Positions 1 to 9,475 of a stretch of DNA of 38,916 bases are shown piece after piece. The notes beneath the pieces are model-generated. The model ran no database searches. It was given only the letters and a program-made list of their open reading frames with translations, and had not been told where the DNA came from. A program made the position numbers and the translations under genes. Every line of letters starts with the position of its first letter. Position 1 is the first letter of the stretch. Source of the stretch: an uncultured Bacteroidota bacterium (GTDB lineage Bacteria > Bacteroidota > Bacteroidia > Bacteroidales > 4484-276); assembly GCA_903944895.1 (NCBI GenBank), contig CAJATL010000394.1, forward strand, positions 1-38,916, written 5' to 3'.

Positions 1-533
1 ACTTAGTTCCTTCAATTTTTCGACAACGTTTTGGCGGTTGATGAGCAGCGCTTCTTTGCTGGTTTTGTAGAGCAAAATCTTATAAAAAAGACCGTTCACC
101 CTTTCTTTAACCTTGTAAAGTTCAACCTCCACCTGCTGCTGACTGACTTGTAAATCGGCATTTTCGATGTTTTTCTGTTCGCGGGTAATGCCTCCATCCC
201 AGATAAGCTGGTTGAGGCCAAGATAAAGGTCGTAAACTTCGTTGTCAGGCGTGGGGATCGAAACACCCGGAAAACTGATGGGAACCTTGGTGACGTCCGA
301 TTGATAAGTTGCCCGGCCTGTTACATCAAATTGTGGCAGGTAATTTTTGTCGGCATTGTCATTTTTCAAACCCGTCGCTTCGGCCAACAACTGTTTTTGC
401 CGGGCAAGCGGATAATATCCGATAGCCTGTTTGTGGCAATAATCAAGGGTTAGCGTATCAGGCGCCTCTGCTTTAAGATTTAATACCATCAGCAACATCA
501 AAAAAGTGATTGCTGATTTTTTGATAAGATTCA
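1..533 (-). CDS. TolC-family outer-membrane efflux protein; N-terminal part only, since the gene runs off the left edge of the window
   Basis: The reverse-strand ORF starts with ATG at 533 (MNLIKKSAITFLMLLMVLNL... signal peptide). An N-terminal outer-membrane efflux protein (OEP) repeat-like sequence continues to position 1. It lies next to a TetR regulator, as is typical of efflux operons. Confidence 0.55.
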
Positions 534-546
534 TCTTTAAAAATAT

Positions 547-1164
547 TTATGGTTTTTCGATAAAAATTGCGCTTCTAATAAAATTGTAAACGGCCACTTT
601 CCGCTGTTCGAGGAAGACATTGTAATTTTCGGAATTATCACTAAAAAATACAGCCTGGATAATGGGGCGGGCAACGAAGGGAAAAATACACAAGGCAAGT
701 GTATTAATGAGGATTTGCCTTGGATCGAATGGTTTTATTACCCCGTTTTTGATTTCTTGTTGTAACTGCGCCAGAAACTCAGGCACGACGACTACCTGAT
801 TTTTCATCAGTTCGGCCATCCGCTGCGGGTTTTGAGCAAGTTCGTGTAAAATAAATCCGGGAATGTATGGATTTTCGATAATGATGGTGATGTAATTGTT
901 GATGAAAATCTCCAGTTTTTGAATAAACGGCAACTCCGAATTGATCAGCATCTCGATTTGTGGAAGGAATTTCTGGAAGGCTTCCAGGAATACAGCCTGG
1001 AACAATTTATCCTTGCTCCTGAAATAGTAATGCAGCAAAGCCTTGTTGATGCCGGCTTCGTCGGCAATCTCCTGCATCCGGGCGCCTTCCATGCCTTTCT
1101 CGATAAAAACCTTGCGGGCAGCCTGCAGGATTAATTGTTCAGCATTTGATTGATGTTCGTTCAT
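547..1164 (-). CDS. TetR/AcrR-family transcriptional regulator
   Basis: 205 aa. N-terminal HTH region (ARKVFIEKGMEGARMQEIADEAGINKALLHYYFRSKDKLF) matches the TetR_N signature. Sits beside the efflux outer-membrane protein gene. Confidence 0.8.
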   Translation of the reverse strand: MNEHQSNAEQLILQAARKVFIEKGMEGARMQEIADEAGINKALLHYYFRSKDKLFQAVFLEAFQKFLPQIEMLINSELPFIQKLEIFINNYITIIIENPYIPGFILHELAQNPQRMAELMKNQVVVVPEFLAQLQQEIKNGVIKPFDPRQILINTLALCIFPFVARPIIQAVFFSDNSENYNVFLEQRKVAVYNFIRSAIFIEKP

Positions 1165-1385
1165 TATTTTACCATTTGATTTATCCTGTTGATTAAACTA
1201 TTTGATTTAACCAACTGGTCAAAAGTAAAACAGGTTTATTTTGTGGCCAAATTTTTTTTGATTTTTTTAGAAATATTTTAATTGAAAAAATACTAATTTC
1301 TTTGTTGTCAAAGCTTAAGGTGAGAAAATAAAAAAAGGCAATCTCAAAAAATGAAACTGCCCTGTATTTTTCAACATCCAAAATT

Positions 1386-1949
1386 TTAAACCGCCATCAT
1401 ATCTCTTTCCTTAATTTCGAGTAGTTTATCTACTTTACGGATGTAGGTATCCGTAAGATTCTGAATATCATCTTCAAGTTTCTTGATTTCATCTTCGGCG
1501 ATGCCATCCTTTTTAAGTTGTTTGGCTTCGTCATTCGAGAGACGACGAATGTTCCTGATGGCAACTTTTGATTCTTCGGCTTCCTTTTTGGCTTGTTTTA
1601 CCAAAACGCGGCGTCTTTCTTCGGTAAGTGGCGGCACCTGAATGCGCAGAACTTCACCGTTATTTATCGGGTTGAACCCCAGGTTGGCGGCCTGGATGGC
1701 TTTATCCATCACCGTAAGCATGCTTTTATCGAAAGGCTGCACCACGATGAGGCGTGCATCAGGCGTGTTGATGTTGGCAGCCTGGCCAATGGGTGTAATC
1801 ACACCATAATAATCGATGCGGACATCCTGAAGCATGTCGGGGCTGGCTTTTCCGGCCCTGATTTTTTGAAATTCGTGTTCGAGGTGCAAAATTGCATTTT
1901 CCATGCCTTCGCTGGCTTCATCCAGAACAAATTGACTTTCTTCGGTCAT
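1386..1949 (-). CDS. frr: ribosome recycling factor
   Basis: 187 aa. Full-length similarity to RRF (…DVRIDYYGVITPIGQAANINTPDARLIVVQPFDKSM…VPPLTEERRRVLVKQAKKEAEE…). Conserved pyrH-frr gene pair. Confidence 0.9.
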   Translation of the reverse strand: MTEESQFVLDEASEGMENAILHLEHEFQKIRAGKASPDMLQDVRIDYYGVITPIGQAANINTPDARLIVVQPFDKSMLTVMDKAIQAANLGFNPINNGEVLRIQVPPLTEERRRVLVKQAKKEAEESKVAIRNIRRLSNDEAKQLKKDGIAEDEIKKLEDDIQNLTDTYIRKVDKLLEIKERDMMAV

Positions 1950-2037
1950 AAATAATATCTTTTTGTATTAGGACTGCAAATATAAAACTTTGATTGGAAT
2001 TACGATGAAGGACAATTTTTTCTCCATCTGAAATACC

Positions 2038-2742
2038 TTATTTTACAATGGTTCCGATATTTTCGCCAGAAACAACTTTTAACAGGTTTCCGCGGGTATT
2101 CATATCAAAAACACAAATCGGCAGGTTGTTTTCTTTACAAAGGGTGAAAGCAGTTAAATCCATGATTTTCAAATTTTTTTGGTATGCTTCATCAAAAGTA
2201 AGCGTATCAAACTTTGTAGCTGTTGGATCTTTTTCGGGATCAGCAGTATAAATTCCATCAACACGGGTTCCCTTTAAAATGATGTCGGCCTGGATTTCGA
2301 TGGCGCGCAAAGCAGAGGCTGAGTCGGTGGTAAAATAGGGATTGCCGGTCCCACCGCTGATGATCACAACTTTGCCTTCGGTAAGATATTCGATGGCCCG
2401 CTTGCGGCTGGTTTCTTCAACAATCGGATCGATGGCTAAACCGCCGGTGAGCTTTGTTTTTACTCCACAACCTTCGAGAGCGCCCTGCAAAGCCATGCTG
2501 TTGATAATGGTGGCCAACATACCCATATAATCGCCCTGAACACGGTCCATTCCTTTGCTTGCTCCTTGCAGTCCTCTGAAAATATTTCCCCCACCAATCA
2601 CGATGGCTACCTGCACGCCCTGATTCGCAACTTCGGCAATTTCGGTGGCATATTCGTTCAACCGCACCGGATCGATTCCGTATTGCTGGCTACCCATCAG
2701 TGCTTCACCACTGAGTTTGAGTAAAATTCGATTGTATTTCAT
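2038..2742 (-). CDS. pyrH: UMP kinase
   Basis: The ORF track starts at 2772, but the conserved N-terminus [17 protein letters not shown] begins at 2742. GGGNIFRG and [17 protein letters not shown] motifs of the UMPK family are present. Confidence 0.85.
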   Translation of the reverse strand: MKYNRILLKLSGEALMGSQQYGIDPVRLNEYATEIAEVANQGVQVAIVIGGGNIFRGLQGASKGMDRVQGDYMGMLATIINSMALQGALEGCGVKTKLTGGLAIDPIVEETSRKRAIEYLTEGKVVIISGGTGNPYFTTDSASALRAIEIQADIILKGTRVDGIYTADPEKDPTATKFDTLTFDEAYQKNLKIMDLTAFTLCKENNLPICVFDMNTRGNLLKVVSGENIGTIVK

Positions 2743-2825
2743 GTAGATTATTTTATTTTTTTGATGAAACAAAGATGCAAATCTTTTTCAAATTGGGAGT
2801 TGAAAAATGTTAACCACATTAGGCA

Positions 2826-2843
2826 TCCCGATAGCTATCGGGA
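2826..2843. promoter_or_regulatory. Perfect 18-bp palindrome TCCCGATAGCTATCGGGA in the pyrH upstream region. A related half-site, ATAGCTATCGGGG, lies at 2942-2954.
   Basis: Seen directly: reverse complement of TCCCGATAG is CTATCGGGA. The second, partial copy sits about 100 bp away across an AT-rich spacer. Confidence 0.3.
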
Positions 2844-3012
2844 GCACACATTAGTTTTTTTTGAAAAGAAAAAAATTTCCTTTTTTAATATTTGTCTAAA
2901 ACAGAGATAAACCACTTTTCAAAAAGAAAATTAATAGCCTCAATAGCTATCGGGGTAAAACCTTCTATGTTTTGAATAAACTACTGTGCACTACTGTGCC
3001 TATGTGGTTAAC

Positions 3013-3897
3013 TTATCGTGTAAAGGGATTTACAAGCGATTGGTTTCGGATTAAACTCCAAAGATTTCCAAGGATAAAGGATATCAGGAAATTGAGAAAT
3101 GAAAAAATCAGCGCTAAAACAAAAACCTGGTTGAAGTAACTAAAAACAGGAATCCCTTTATTGATGAAGTTTTGAGACTGACCAAAAAAGACGACGTAAA
3201 TTACATTGATCAGAAAGAAAAGAACAACGATCACCAGCAAACCCTTCAACATTCCAAAAATATCAGGGGGGCTAAGCTCGATGTGCGCCGAAACGGCCAT
3301 CGAAACATACAGGAAGACCCAGAACTGCCACATCGAAAAATTGCCGGATTTGGCTAACTGGCTAAATACTTCCCGCGTATTTATTTGTAAAACATTCCAT
3401 AATTCATAAAACGAACTGTCCGAAATGAGCAGTGCAGCCGAATTTGCGCGAAACTGGCTGATGATGACTTTGCCATCCGGTAACAGGAAATACAACAATC
3501 CTAAAATTATGGCCGAGCCAAAAAATACCGGACCTGCGCCGATAAAAAAGTTCCCGGTCAAATGATAAATATTTCGTGGATCGTAGGAATGTTCGACATA
3601 ACCAAGCGTTCCATCTTTTGCATTTGGCCTGAACAGGCTTATCCTTTTTATCGAATGGCCAAAAAGAATGCAGAAAAACGCATGGCCCAGTTCATGAACC
3701 GGCGTACCAATCCATGCAGTGATAATAATCTCGGAGCGATCGCCAAAGCTTTTGGCAAACATATTCCGCGTAAAGCGGGCAAGCAAATAAAGCAAAATGC
3801 CAAAAATAAAAACTCCGGCAAAATAGCCCACGATTTGGTGTGTGGTCATCAAAAAAGCCTGCCACGAAATATCAAGAATTTTGTTTAGGATTTCCAC
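3013..3897 (-). CDS. Polytopic membrane protein with HExxH motif; putative membrane-embedded Zn metallopeptidase (DUF3267-like)
   Basis: 294 aa, multiple hydrophobic segments. Single HELGH motif (WIGTPVHELGHAFFCILFGH) at the start of a transmembrane helix. Confidence 0.45.
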   Translation of the reverse strand: MEILNKILDISWQAFLMTTHQIVGYFAGVFIFGILLYLLARFTRNMFAKSFGDRSEIIITAWIGTPVHELGHAFFCILFGHSIKRISLFRPNAKDGTLGYVEHSYDPRNIYHLTGNFFIGAGPVFFGSAIILGLLYFLLPDGKVIISQFRANSAALLISDSSFYELWNVLQINTREVFSQLAKSGNFSMWQFWVFLYVSMAVSAHIELSPPDIFGMLKGLLVIVVLFFLINVIYVVFFGQSQNFINKGIPVFSYFNQVFVLALIFSFLNFLISFILGNLWSLIRNQSLVNPFTR

Positions 3898-3918
3898 AAA
3901 TCAGTATTTCAAAATTGG

Positions 3919-6135
3919 TTAGAAATTAAATCCGAGATTAAAGTAAGCCATAAAACCTTTGGTAACATCCGACGACATAAAATTTAGTTCGATGGGACCA
4001 ATCATCGTTTTAACGCCAACGCCAATACCCCAGCCATTTACAGCCCTGTTGTTGCTGAAGAGTTCATCCAGACGGGCCGAATGAAAAGCGATATTATATT
4101 TTGGCAAAACAAAGAAATTTCTGGCAAATTCGTATTGCAGATCAACACGCCCAACTATTGCATTTAAATTGCGTACCTGCATAAAATTTAGCCCCACAAA
4201 AGGGTAAATTCCATTTTTGTTATCGGCTCTCAAACCGCCCAGGTAAAAATTGTATTGTGGCAGAATGTAGGTTCCATGGCTTAACACACTTCCAAAAAAT
4301 GCGCTGGGCTGGATGGTAAGCCTTTTGTTAACCGGAACCGACTGCTGGTATCTGAGTTTAAAAAAAGCAAGTGGTTCAACGTTTTTTTCGGTGATGGTGT
4401 CTTTAATTCCGGTAATCAGTTTAAAGGTCGAATTTATTCTGAAACCATCCCTCGGATAAACAACCCGGTCGAGGTTATCGATGTTGATGTAGGCCAACAA
4501 ATTTGTCGTAAACTTATTTACATTTTCAAGGTCGATTAGAAAAACATCGGATTTTAATTTCGAAAATTCAAATTCAATTCCACCACCTACAATCGAGAAA
4601 TCGTTAAAATTTGATTGGGTGTAAAAATTTGCGAGGGCACTCGAATATCGCAAACTTGCCGATTTCCGGTTTAAATCGACCGAATCGTACAAAAAAGCGT
4701 CAAAAGTATAGGCCTGAAACCTGGCGCCAAAACCTGGTTTCCATCCTCGGTCGTACAAATAATCTGCTGTAAAGCTGCTGTTATCGCCCAGCGCCAGATC
4801 AAAAAACAGCCGGCCACCGCTGAAAATAAAATTCCGGTAGGTAAGATTTAACAAAAACGCAGCCCGATAATCCGTGTCGTAATGCAGGCCAACACTAAAC
4901 TCGCCACCTTTGCTCTCTTCGAGATTGATCTTGAAACGCACTCCGCCCCTTTCCAACGGAATTAACTCATAATTAATCTTATCAAAATTTTGAGTACCGT
5001 AAAGCCTGTTGATGCTATGATTTATTTTTTTGAGTGAGTGAAATTTCAAAACCTCCAATCGCAAAACGCCAGCCACAAAACCCGGCGAAACCTTGTTGAT
5101 GCCTTCGATAACTATTTCGCTGATAAAAACCGAATCAACAGGGCGCGAATCAAGACAATAATCAGTCTTCAGATCATAGCTTCTTTTGAGCGAATCGAGC
5201 ATGGCATTAATTTGAGGTAACGCCAAAAGTGCCGCAATTTCGCCAAGTTTGATGATGGAGTCGGCATCAGTAAAACTCGAAACACCATAATCTTTCAAAT
5301 CGGGATGGATGTAAATGTCGGTCTGTTTGAGGGCCTCTTCGTACAAAGGCCGCCTCAGAAAAGAAGTTGCCTGGTCGAGGATTTTAAAAAACGAACCCAG
5401 TTCTTTCTTGGTGTAAAGCTTCCCCTGAACGTCGATCCCGATAATAATATCTGCACCAAGGTCTTTTACTTCCTTTACAGGGAAATTATTGATCAACCCC
5501 CCGTCAACCAGGAGTTTCCCGTCAATTTCGACCGGGGCAAAAAAAGTTGGGATGGCCATTGTTGCCCTCAGCGCATCGGGTAAATAACCATGATCGAGCG
5601 TTACCGACTCGCCTTGCTCAATGTCGGCAGCAACGCAGAGAAATGGGATTTTGAATTTATTAAAATCGGTGATGCCGTGAGCCGGGCTACAAAAATAGGA
5701 AAGCATGTTGTAAACTGATTGTCCGGCAACCAGGCCATCCGGCAATTGCAGCCTGTTTTCACGAAATGGGAGGGTGAAGAAATATTTGCCATCCTGGGCT
5801 TTTTCGGCCATTGAAAGATCGCGACGGGCAATTTCATCAGCAAGTACCGCATCCCAGTCCTGATCCAAAACCAGTTTCTGAAGACTGTCGGGATGATAAC
5901 CAATGGCAAACAAACCTCCGATAATTCCACCCATGCTGGTTCCGCCAATATAATCAACCGGAACACCAGCATCAACCAAAACCTTGAGTGCTCCAATGTG
6001 GGCAAATCCTTTGGCACCGCCACCGCTCAAAACAACTCCAATTTTTGGCCTGTTAGCCTGTTGTTGCGAAAATACCGGCAAATCCAGCAAAATCAAAACC
6101 ATTAAAGCTACCAGGAATAAAGCTTGTATTCTCAT
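3919..6135 (-). CDS. Patatin-like phospholipase fused to an Omp85/BamA-type outer-membrane beta-barrel (PlpD-like)
   Basis: 738 aa with signal peptide. N-terminus has GVVLSGGGAKGFAHIGALKVL…GTSMGG (patatin GxGxxG and GxSxG). C-terminal roughly 350 aa look like a bacterial surface antigen (D15)-type barrel and end in aromatic …GFNF. Confidence 0.8.
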   Translation of the reverse strand: MRIQALFLVALMVLILLDLPVFSQQQANRPKIGVVLSGGGAKGFAHIGALKVLVDAGVPVDYIGGTSMGGIIGGLFAIGYHPDSLQKLVLDQDWDAVLADEIARRDLSMAEKAQDGKYFFTLPFRENRLQLPDGLVAGQSVYNMLSYFCSPAHGITDFNKFKIPFLCVAADIEQGESVTLDHGYLPDALRATMAIPTFFAPVEIDGKLLVDGGLINNFPVKEVKDLGADIIIGIDVQGKLYTKKELGSFFKILDQATSFLRRPLYEEALKQTDIYIHPDLKDYGVSSFTDADSIIKLGEIAALLALPQINAMLDSLKRSYDLKTDYCLDSRPVDSVFISEIVIEGINKVSPGFVAGVLRLEVLKFHSLKKINHSINRLYGTQNFDKINYELIPLERGGVRFKINLEESKGGEFSVGLHYDTDYRAAFLLNLTYRNFIFSGGRLFFDLALGDNSSFTADYLYDRGWKPGFGARFQAYTFDAFLYDSVDLNRKSASLRYSSALANFYTQSNFNDFSIVGGGIEFEFSKLKSDVFLIDLENVNKFTTNLLAYINIDNLDRVVYPRDGFRINSTFKLITGIKDTITEKNVEPLAFFKLRYQQSVPVNKRLTIQPSAFFGSVLSHGTYILPQYNFYLGGLRADNKNGIYPFVGLNFMQVRNLNAIVGRVDLQYEFARNFFVLPKYNIAFHSARLDELFSNNRAVNGWGIGVGVKTMIGPIELNFMSSDVTKGFMAYFNLGFNF

Positions 6136-6320
6136 AAAAAAATGATGTAAATAAAACGGGGCAAAAGTATAGAGAATACCAGATTGAAAACTTTATCTGA
6201 CATTAATTATGATTGGAAGTAAAAAACAGGTGAAGCCGTAAAAAATTCAGGCGATGCCCTTAACCGGACATCGCCTGAATTTATAAAACCTTTTAAGAAA
6301 GGTTTTTGAGTATTCTAACT

Positions 6321-8303
6321 TTAATTAGAACTCAAAAAAGCAGCATCACGATAACCTGGATTGTTCTTGTACCAATCAGAATATGTGCTTCCACCGGATT
6401 CAGCCCAGGCATTAAAATTTTTGTAGGCATTGTTGATTGATTTTTTTTCTTTCGGATAGTCAAAACTCTCAAGAAGGTTTAAAGTCCAGGGTAATCTATT
6501 TGAAGTAAGATAATATTTACCCAGCGAAGGATCACTGCGGTCGTCCTCAGTACCAAAATAGGTTGAATTCATTTTGCTGGTAGGTGTCATGTTGATGAGG
6601 TGCGATTCCCGGCCTCTGTCTTCATCAATAATAATAAAAGGATTAAAAGGCGGCGCGCCAACAAGTGCTGGCTCCAAAGGGTTTTCAAATAAAATATGGA
6701 TGTTGAGCGTGCTATAAATATTATCATCGGCTACATCAAAAACAATTACCACGGCCTTATCCTGTGCTGTTTCCAACCCCTTTGCATCAAGAGTTATCAA
6801 ATTTGAGGTGAGGTTATAACCTGTTACCGAAGAAATAAGACTTGAGCTAAAAGGCAATTGAAATCCAAATCCATTTTTGTAAGTTCCTCCAATATGGCTC
6901 ACAATAAATTTTCCATAAAGCTCAACCACCTTATCGTTGGCATTCATAACAGTTTTAAACTGAAAATTCACCATCAGATCATTGAAATCATAATCCCCTT
7001 TTTCTGGCCACATGTCTTCAAAAGCCAGCGTGCCAAGCCCGAGGATGCTTGGTGTGTAAGTATTGTAGGCTCTGAGTGGGTCAGTGGGATATTCGTCGTA
7101 AACATCAAGTACGCCATCATCATCGGCATCCAGAACTATTGGAGGCGCTTCATCAGTTGTTAACGTTGCCAGGTCATCAATCCCGATATTAAATTGATCA
7201 TATTTATACTCCCAGGTTCCGTTTGCTTTATTCATTTTAACCAATTGACTTTTGTTGCCCTGAGTGGTAAGCCACATTTCACCATTTGAAGTGATGGTCA
7301 TACCAGTAATTTTAAAAGGCAGGTGTTCCTCGCCAATATGATGAGCATAAACTTTTTCTGTTTTAAACTCAAGCCAATAAAGGCTTGAATAAGTAGCAAG
7401 ATACCATTTTCCATCCGGAGCGACTTTAATATCTCCAATTTCGTTTCCTTCCAACTCTTCAACTCTCTTTTGGGTAAGTATTTTGCCGTTTTGAGGGTCA
7501 ATAGTGTAAATTTTATTCACGTAACAAGAATACAAAAGGCCATTAGTTGGATTATAATCAAGTCGGTCAACTTTCATATTTAAATTGGCAATGAGCTGAG
7601 TTGCCTGAGTGGTCAAATCGTATCTGTAGAGTGGGTATTTGGGGTTTTTTCCAACAAAATAAAGAACAAGATTTTTGCTATCGATGGCACATGCCCTGCT
7701 ACCCACAGGCAGGTCGTTTAACATGGTTATGGCTCCATTTGTTGGGTCAATGGTGAATATTTTGCCCGAATTATTAACCCCATACAACATATCAGTAATC
7801 ACATTGCCGTTTTTCAAACCTGATTTGAATGAGGCACTATTGCCATTAACCTGAATGATTGAACTTGTAAATACACCAAAATCATTTTTGATGACGTAAA
7901 GTTCGGTTATGTATGAAGGAACATTTACGATCAGGTTAAAAAATCCTGTTTCTGAAATCTTTCTGGCTATCAAATCATTGGTTTCATCATATCTTGGGAT
8001 AATTTCGGTAACTTCAATTCCCTCGTCATTAACGTAGGTTATTGTGTCATCGAAAACCTGTGTACTGTGATAAAACACATCATAGCGCGCCATGCCTCCA
8101 GCTTTCAGTTGATCCTGAAAGTTTATGGTAACTTGCTTTGATGTTTCAAAAGTAAAATTTTCAGGAATTACCAACTCATCCATCAATTTTTCCTGAGTTG
8201 GTGTTTCGGTAGGATTATCCTTTTTGCAGGATGAAATAAAAATCGTAAAGGATGCAATCAAAAGCATCAAAAATCCGACATTAAGTAAGTTTGTAGTTTT
8301 CAT
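6321..8303 (-). CDS. LruC-domain-containing lipoprotein
   Basis: 660 aa. Lipoprotein signal (…FISSC). Central DADDDGVLDVYDEYPTDP motif (thrombospondin-type-3-like Ca-binding) followed by a region typical of LruC/DUF4842 proteins. Confidence 0.55.
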   Translation of the reverse strand: MKTTNLLNVGFLMLLIASFTIFISSCKKDNPTETPTQEKLMDELVIPENFTFETSKQVTINFQDQLKAGGMARYDVFYHSTQVFDDTITYVNDEGIEVTEIIPRYDETNDLIARKISETGFFNLIVNVPSYITELYVIKNDFGVFTSSIIQVNGNSASFKSGLKNGNVITDMLYGVNNSGKIFTIDPTNGAITMLNDLPVGSRACAIDSKNLVLYFVGKNPKYPLYRYDLTTQATQLIANLNMKVDRLDYNPTNGLLYSCYVNKIYTIDPQNGKILTQKRVEELEGNEIGDIKVAPDGKWYLATYSSLYWLEFKTEKVYAHHIGEEHLPFKITGMTITSNGEMWLTTQGNKSQLVKMNKANGTWEYKYDQFNIGIDDLATLTTDEAPPIVLDADDDGVLDVYDEYPTDPLRAYNTYTPSILGLGTLAFEDMWPEKGDYDFNDLMVNFQFKTVMNANDKVVELYGKFIVSHIGGTYKNGFGFQLPFSSSLISSVTGYNLTSNLITLDAKGLETAQDKAVVIVFDVADDNIYSTLNIHILFENPLEPALVGAPPFNPFIIIDEDRGRESHLINMTPTSKMNSTYFGTEDDRSDPSLGKYYLTSNRLPWTLNLLESFDYPKEKKSINNAYKNFNAWAESGGSTYSDWYKNNPGYRDAAFLSSN

Positions 8304-8696
8304 AGCCCCAATTTTAAATTATTGATTAGTGTAAATTTTTTCCATTGCTAAAATACTAATTCTAGTAAATCGCATTCATAAAAAATAATCCGGCAGAATC
8401 GTATTCATTTACTTCAACTATCATTCCGAAAATCACACCAGATAATTTGAAGGCATGCAATACCCTCATATTACAATGATTGGCAAAGCATTTCAACACT
8501 TTTGTAACTTACTCAAATAACCTGGGGCAGGCATTGCCAATGGCATTAAGGCTTTAAATCAAATCCAAAATCAGGAAATTGTTTCCTGAATTAGAATAAT
8601 CTCTAGGTCTGAAGTTCAAACTTTTAAAAGTGGTCAATCAAAAATTTAAAAAACTACCAGGTTTGCTAAAAAAAGGGAATATTAAAATGAAATGCT

Positions 8697-9227
8697 TTGT
8701 CAAACAGCCAAAAATTTCGAATGAAAAAACATTTTCCGGTCTTACTGATTCTCATGGTCGTTCTGGTCATGATGTCGTTTAGCAAAAAACCGCTATACAA
8801 AAGCAAAGCGCTCGAACCCGTTTCACAACGCCCGGAGCCTGGCACATCTGCCTGGATTGACAAACTGCAATACAGCGACAAGGATAAAATTGCGTATGGC
8901 TGCTTTAACGATGATTCGAATCTGGTAATCAGGCTAAAAGTAACCGATAAAAATGTAGTAACGAAAATTTTTGCCTCCGGATTTACCATTTCTATTGACA
9001 CCACTGCGAAAAAAGACCCTCAGTTTTCGGTAAAATACCCGCTGCCTCAAGGCATGCAAAGTTTGCCCCAAGCCTTTGACAGAAATCCAGGAAGTCTGAA
9101 TCCAAACCTGACAAAAAACCCCAACGAAAAAATGAAAAACCGCATGAAAACTGCGCTTAACCAAATCGAAATCAATGGCTTTGATGATTTAGCTGTAGAA
9201 AATACCATGATTAATTCGCGCAACTGA
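8697..9227 (+). CDS. Hypothetical exported/membrane-anchored protein
   Basis: 176 aa with an N-terminal hydrophobic anchor (HFPVLLILMVVLVMMSF). No recognisable domain. The start may instead be Met at 8721. Confidence 0.4.
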   Translation: MSNSQKFRMKKHFPVLLILMVVLVMMSFSKKPLYKSKALEPVSQRPEPGTSAWIDKLQYSDKDKIAYGCFNDDSNLVIRLKVTDKNVVTKIFASGFTISIDTTAKKDPQFSVKYPLPQGMQSLPQAFDRNPGSLNPNLTKNPNEKMKNRMKTALNQIEINGFDDLAVENTMINSRN

Positions 9228-9475
9228 TCAGGGATTATCAATAGACAATTTGTTCCCTGTTTCCGGAAAAACTTTTTCTCGAAACAACCGAAAAATCAGT
9301 TTCCTGAAGTCAATCTTTGTCAAAAACTTCTACCTTTGTTTTGATATGATTTTATTACAATTCTTGTTTTTCCTGGTGTTTACGATTACTTCCGTTGAAT
9401 TGGATGTTTTTAGTAGTCGCTTTTTGGTTGTGAATTAATCTTATCCAAGTAAAATATGCCATTAATTTAACCATT

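Noticed and set aside
9310-9340. Bacteroidetes-type promoter (TTTG … TAnnTTTG) upstream of the DUF3857 operon
   Set aside because: TACCTTTG fits the -7 motif, but the nearest TTTG is only 11 bp upstream rather than the expected 19-21 bp. Too uncertain to call.
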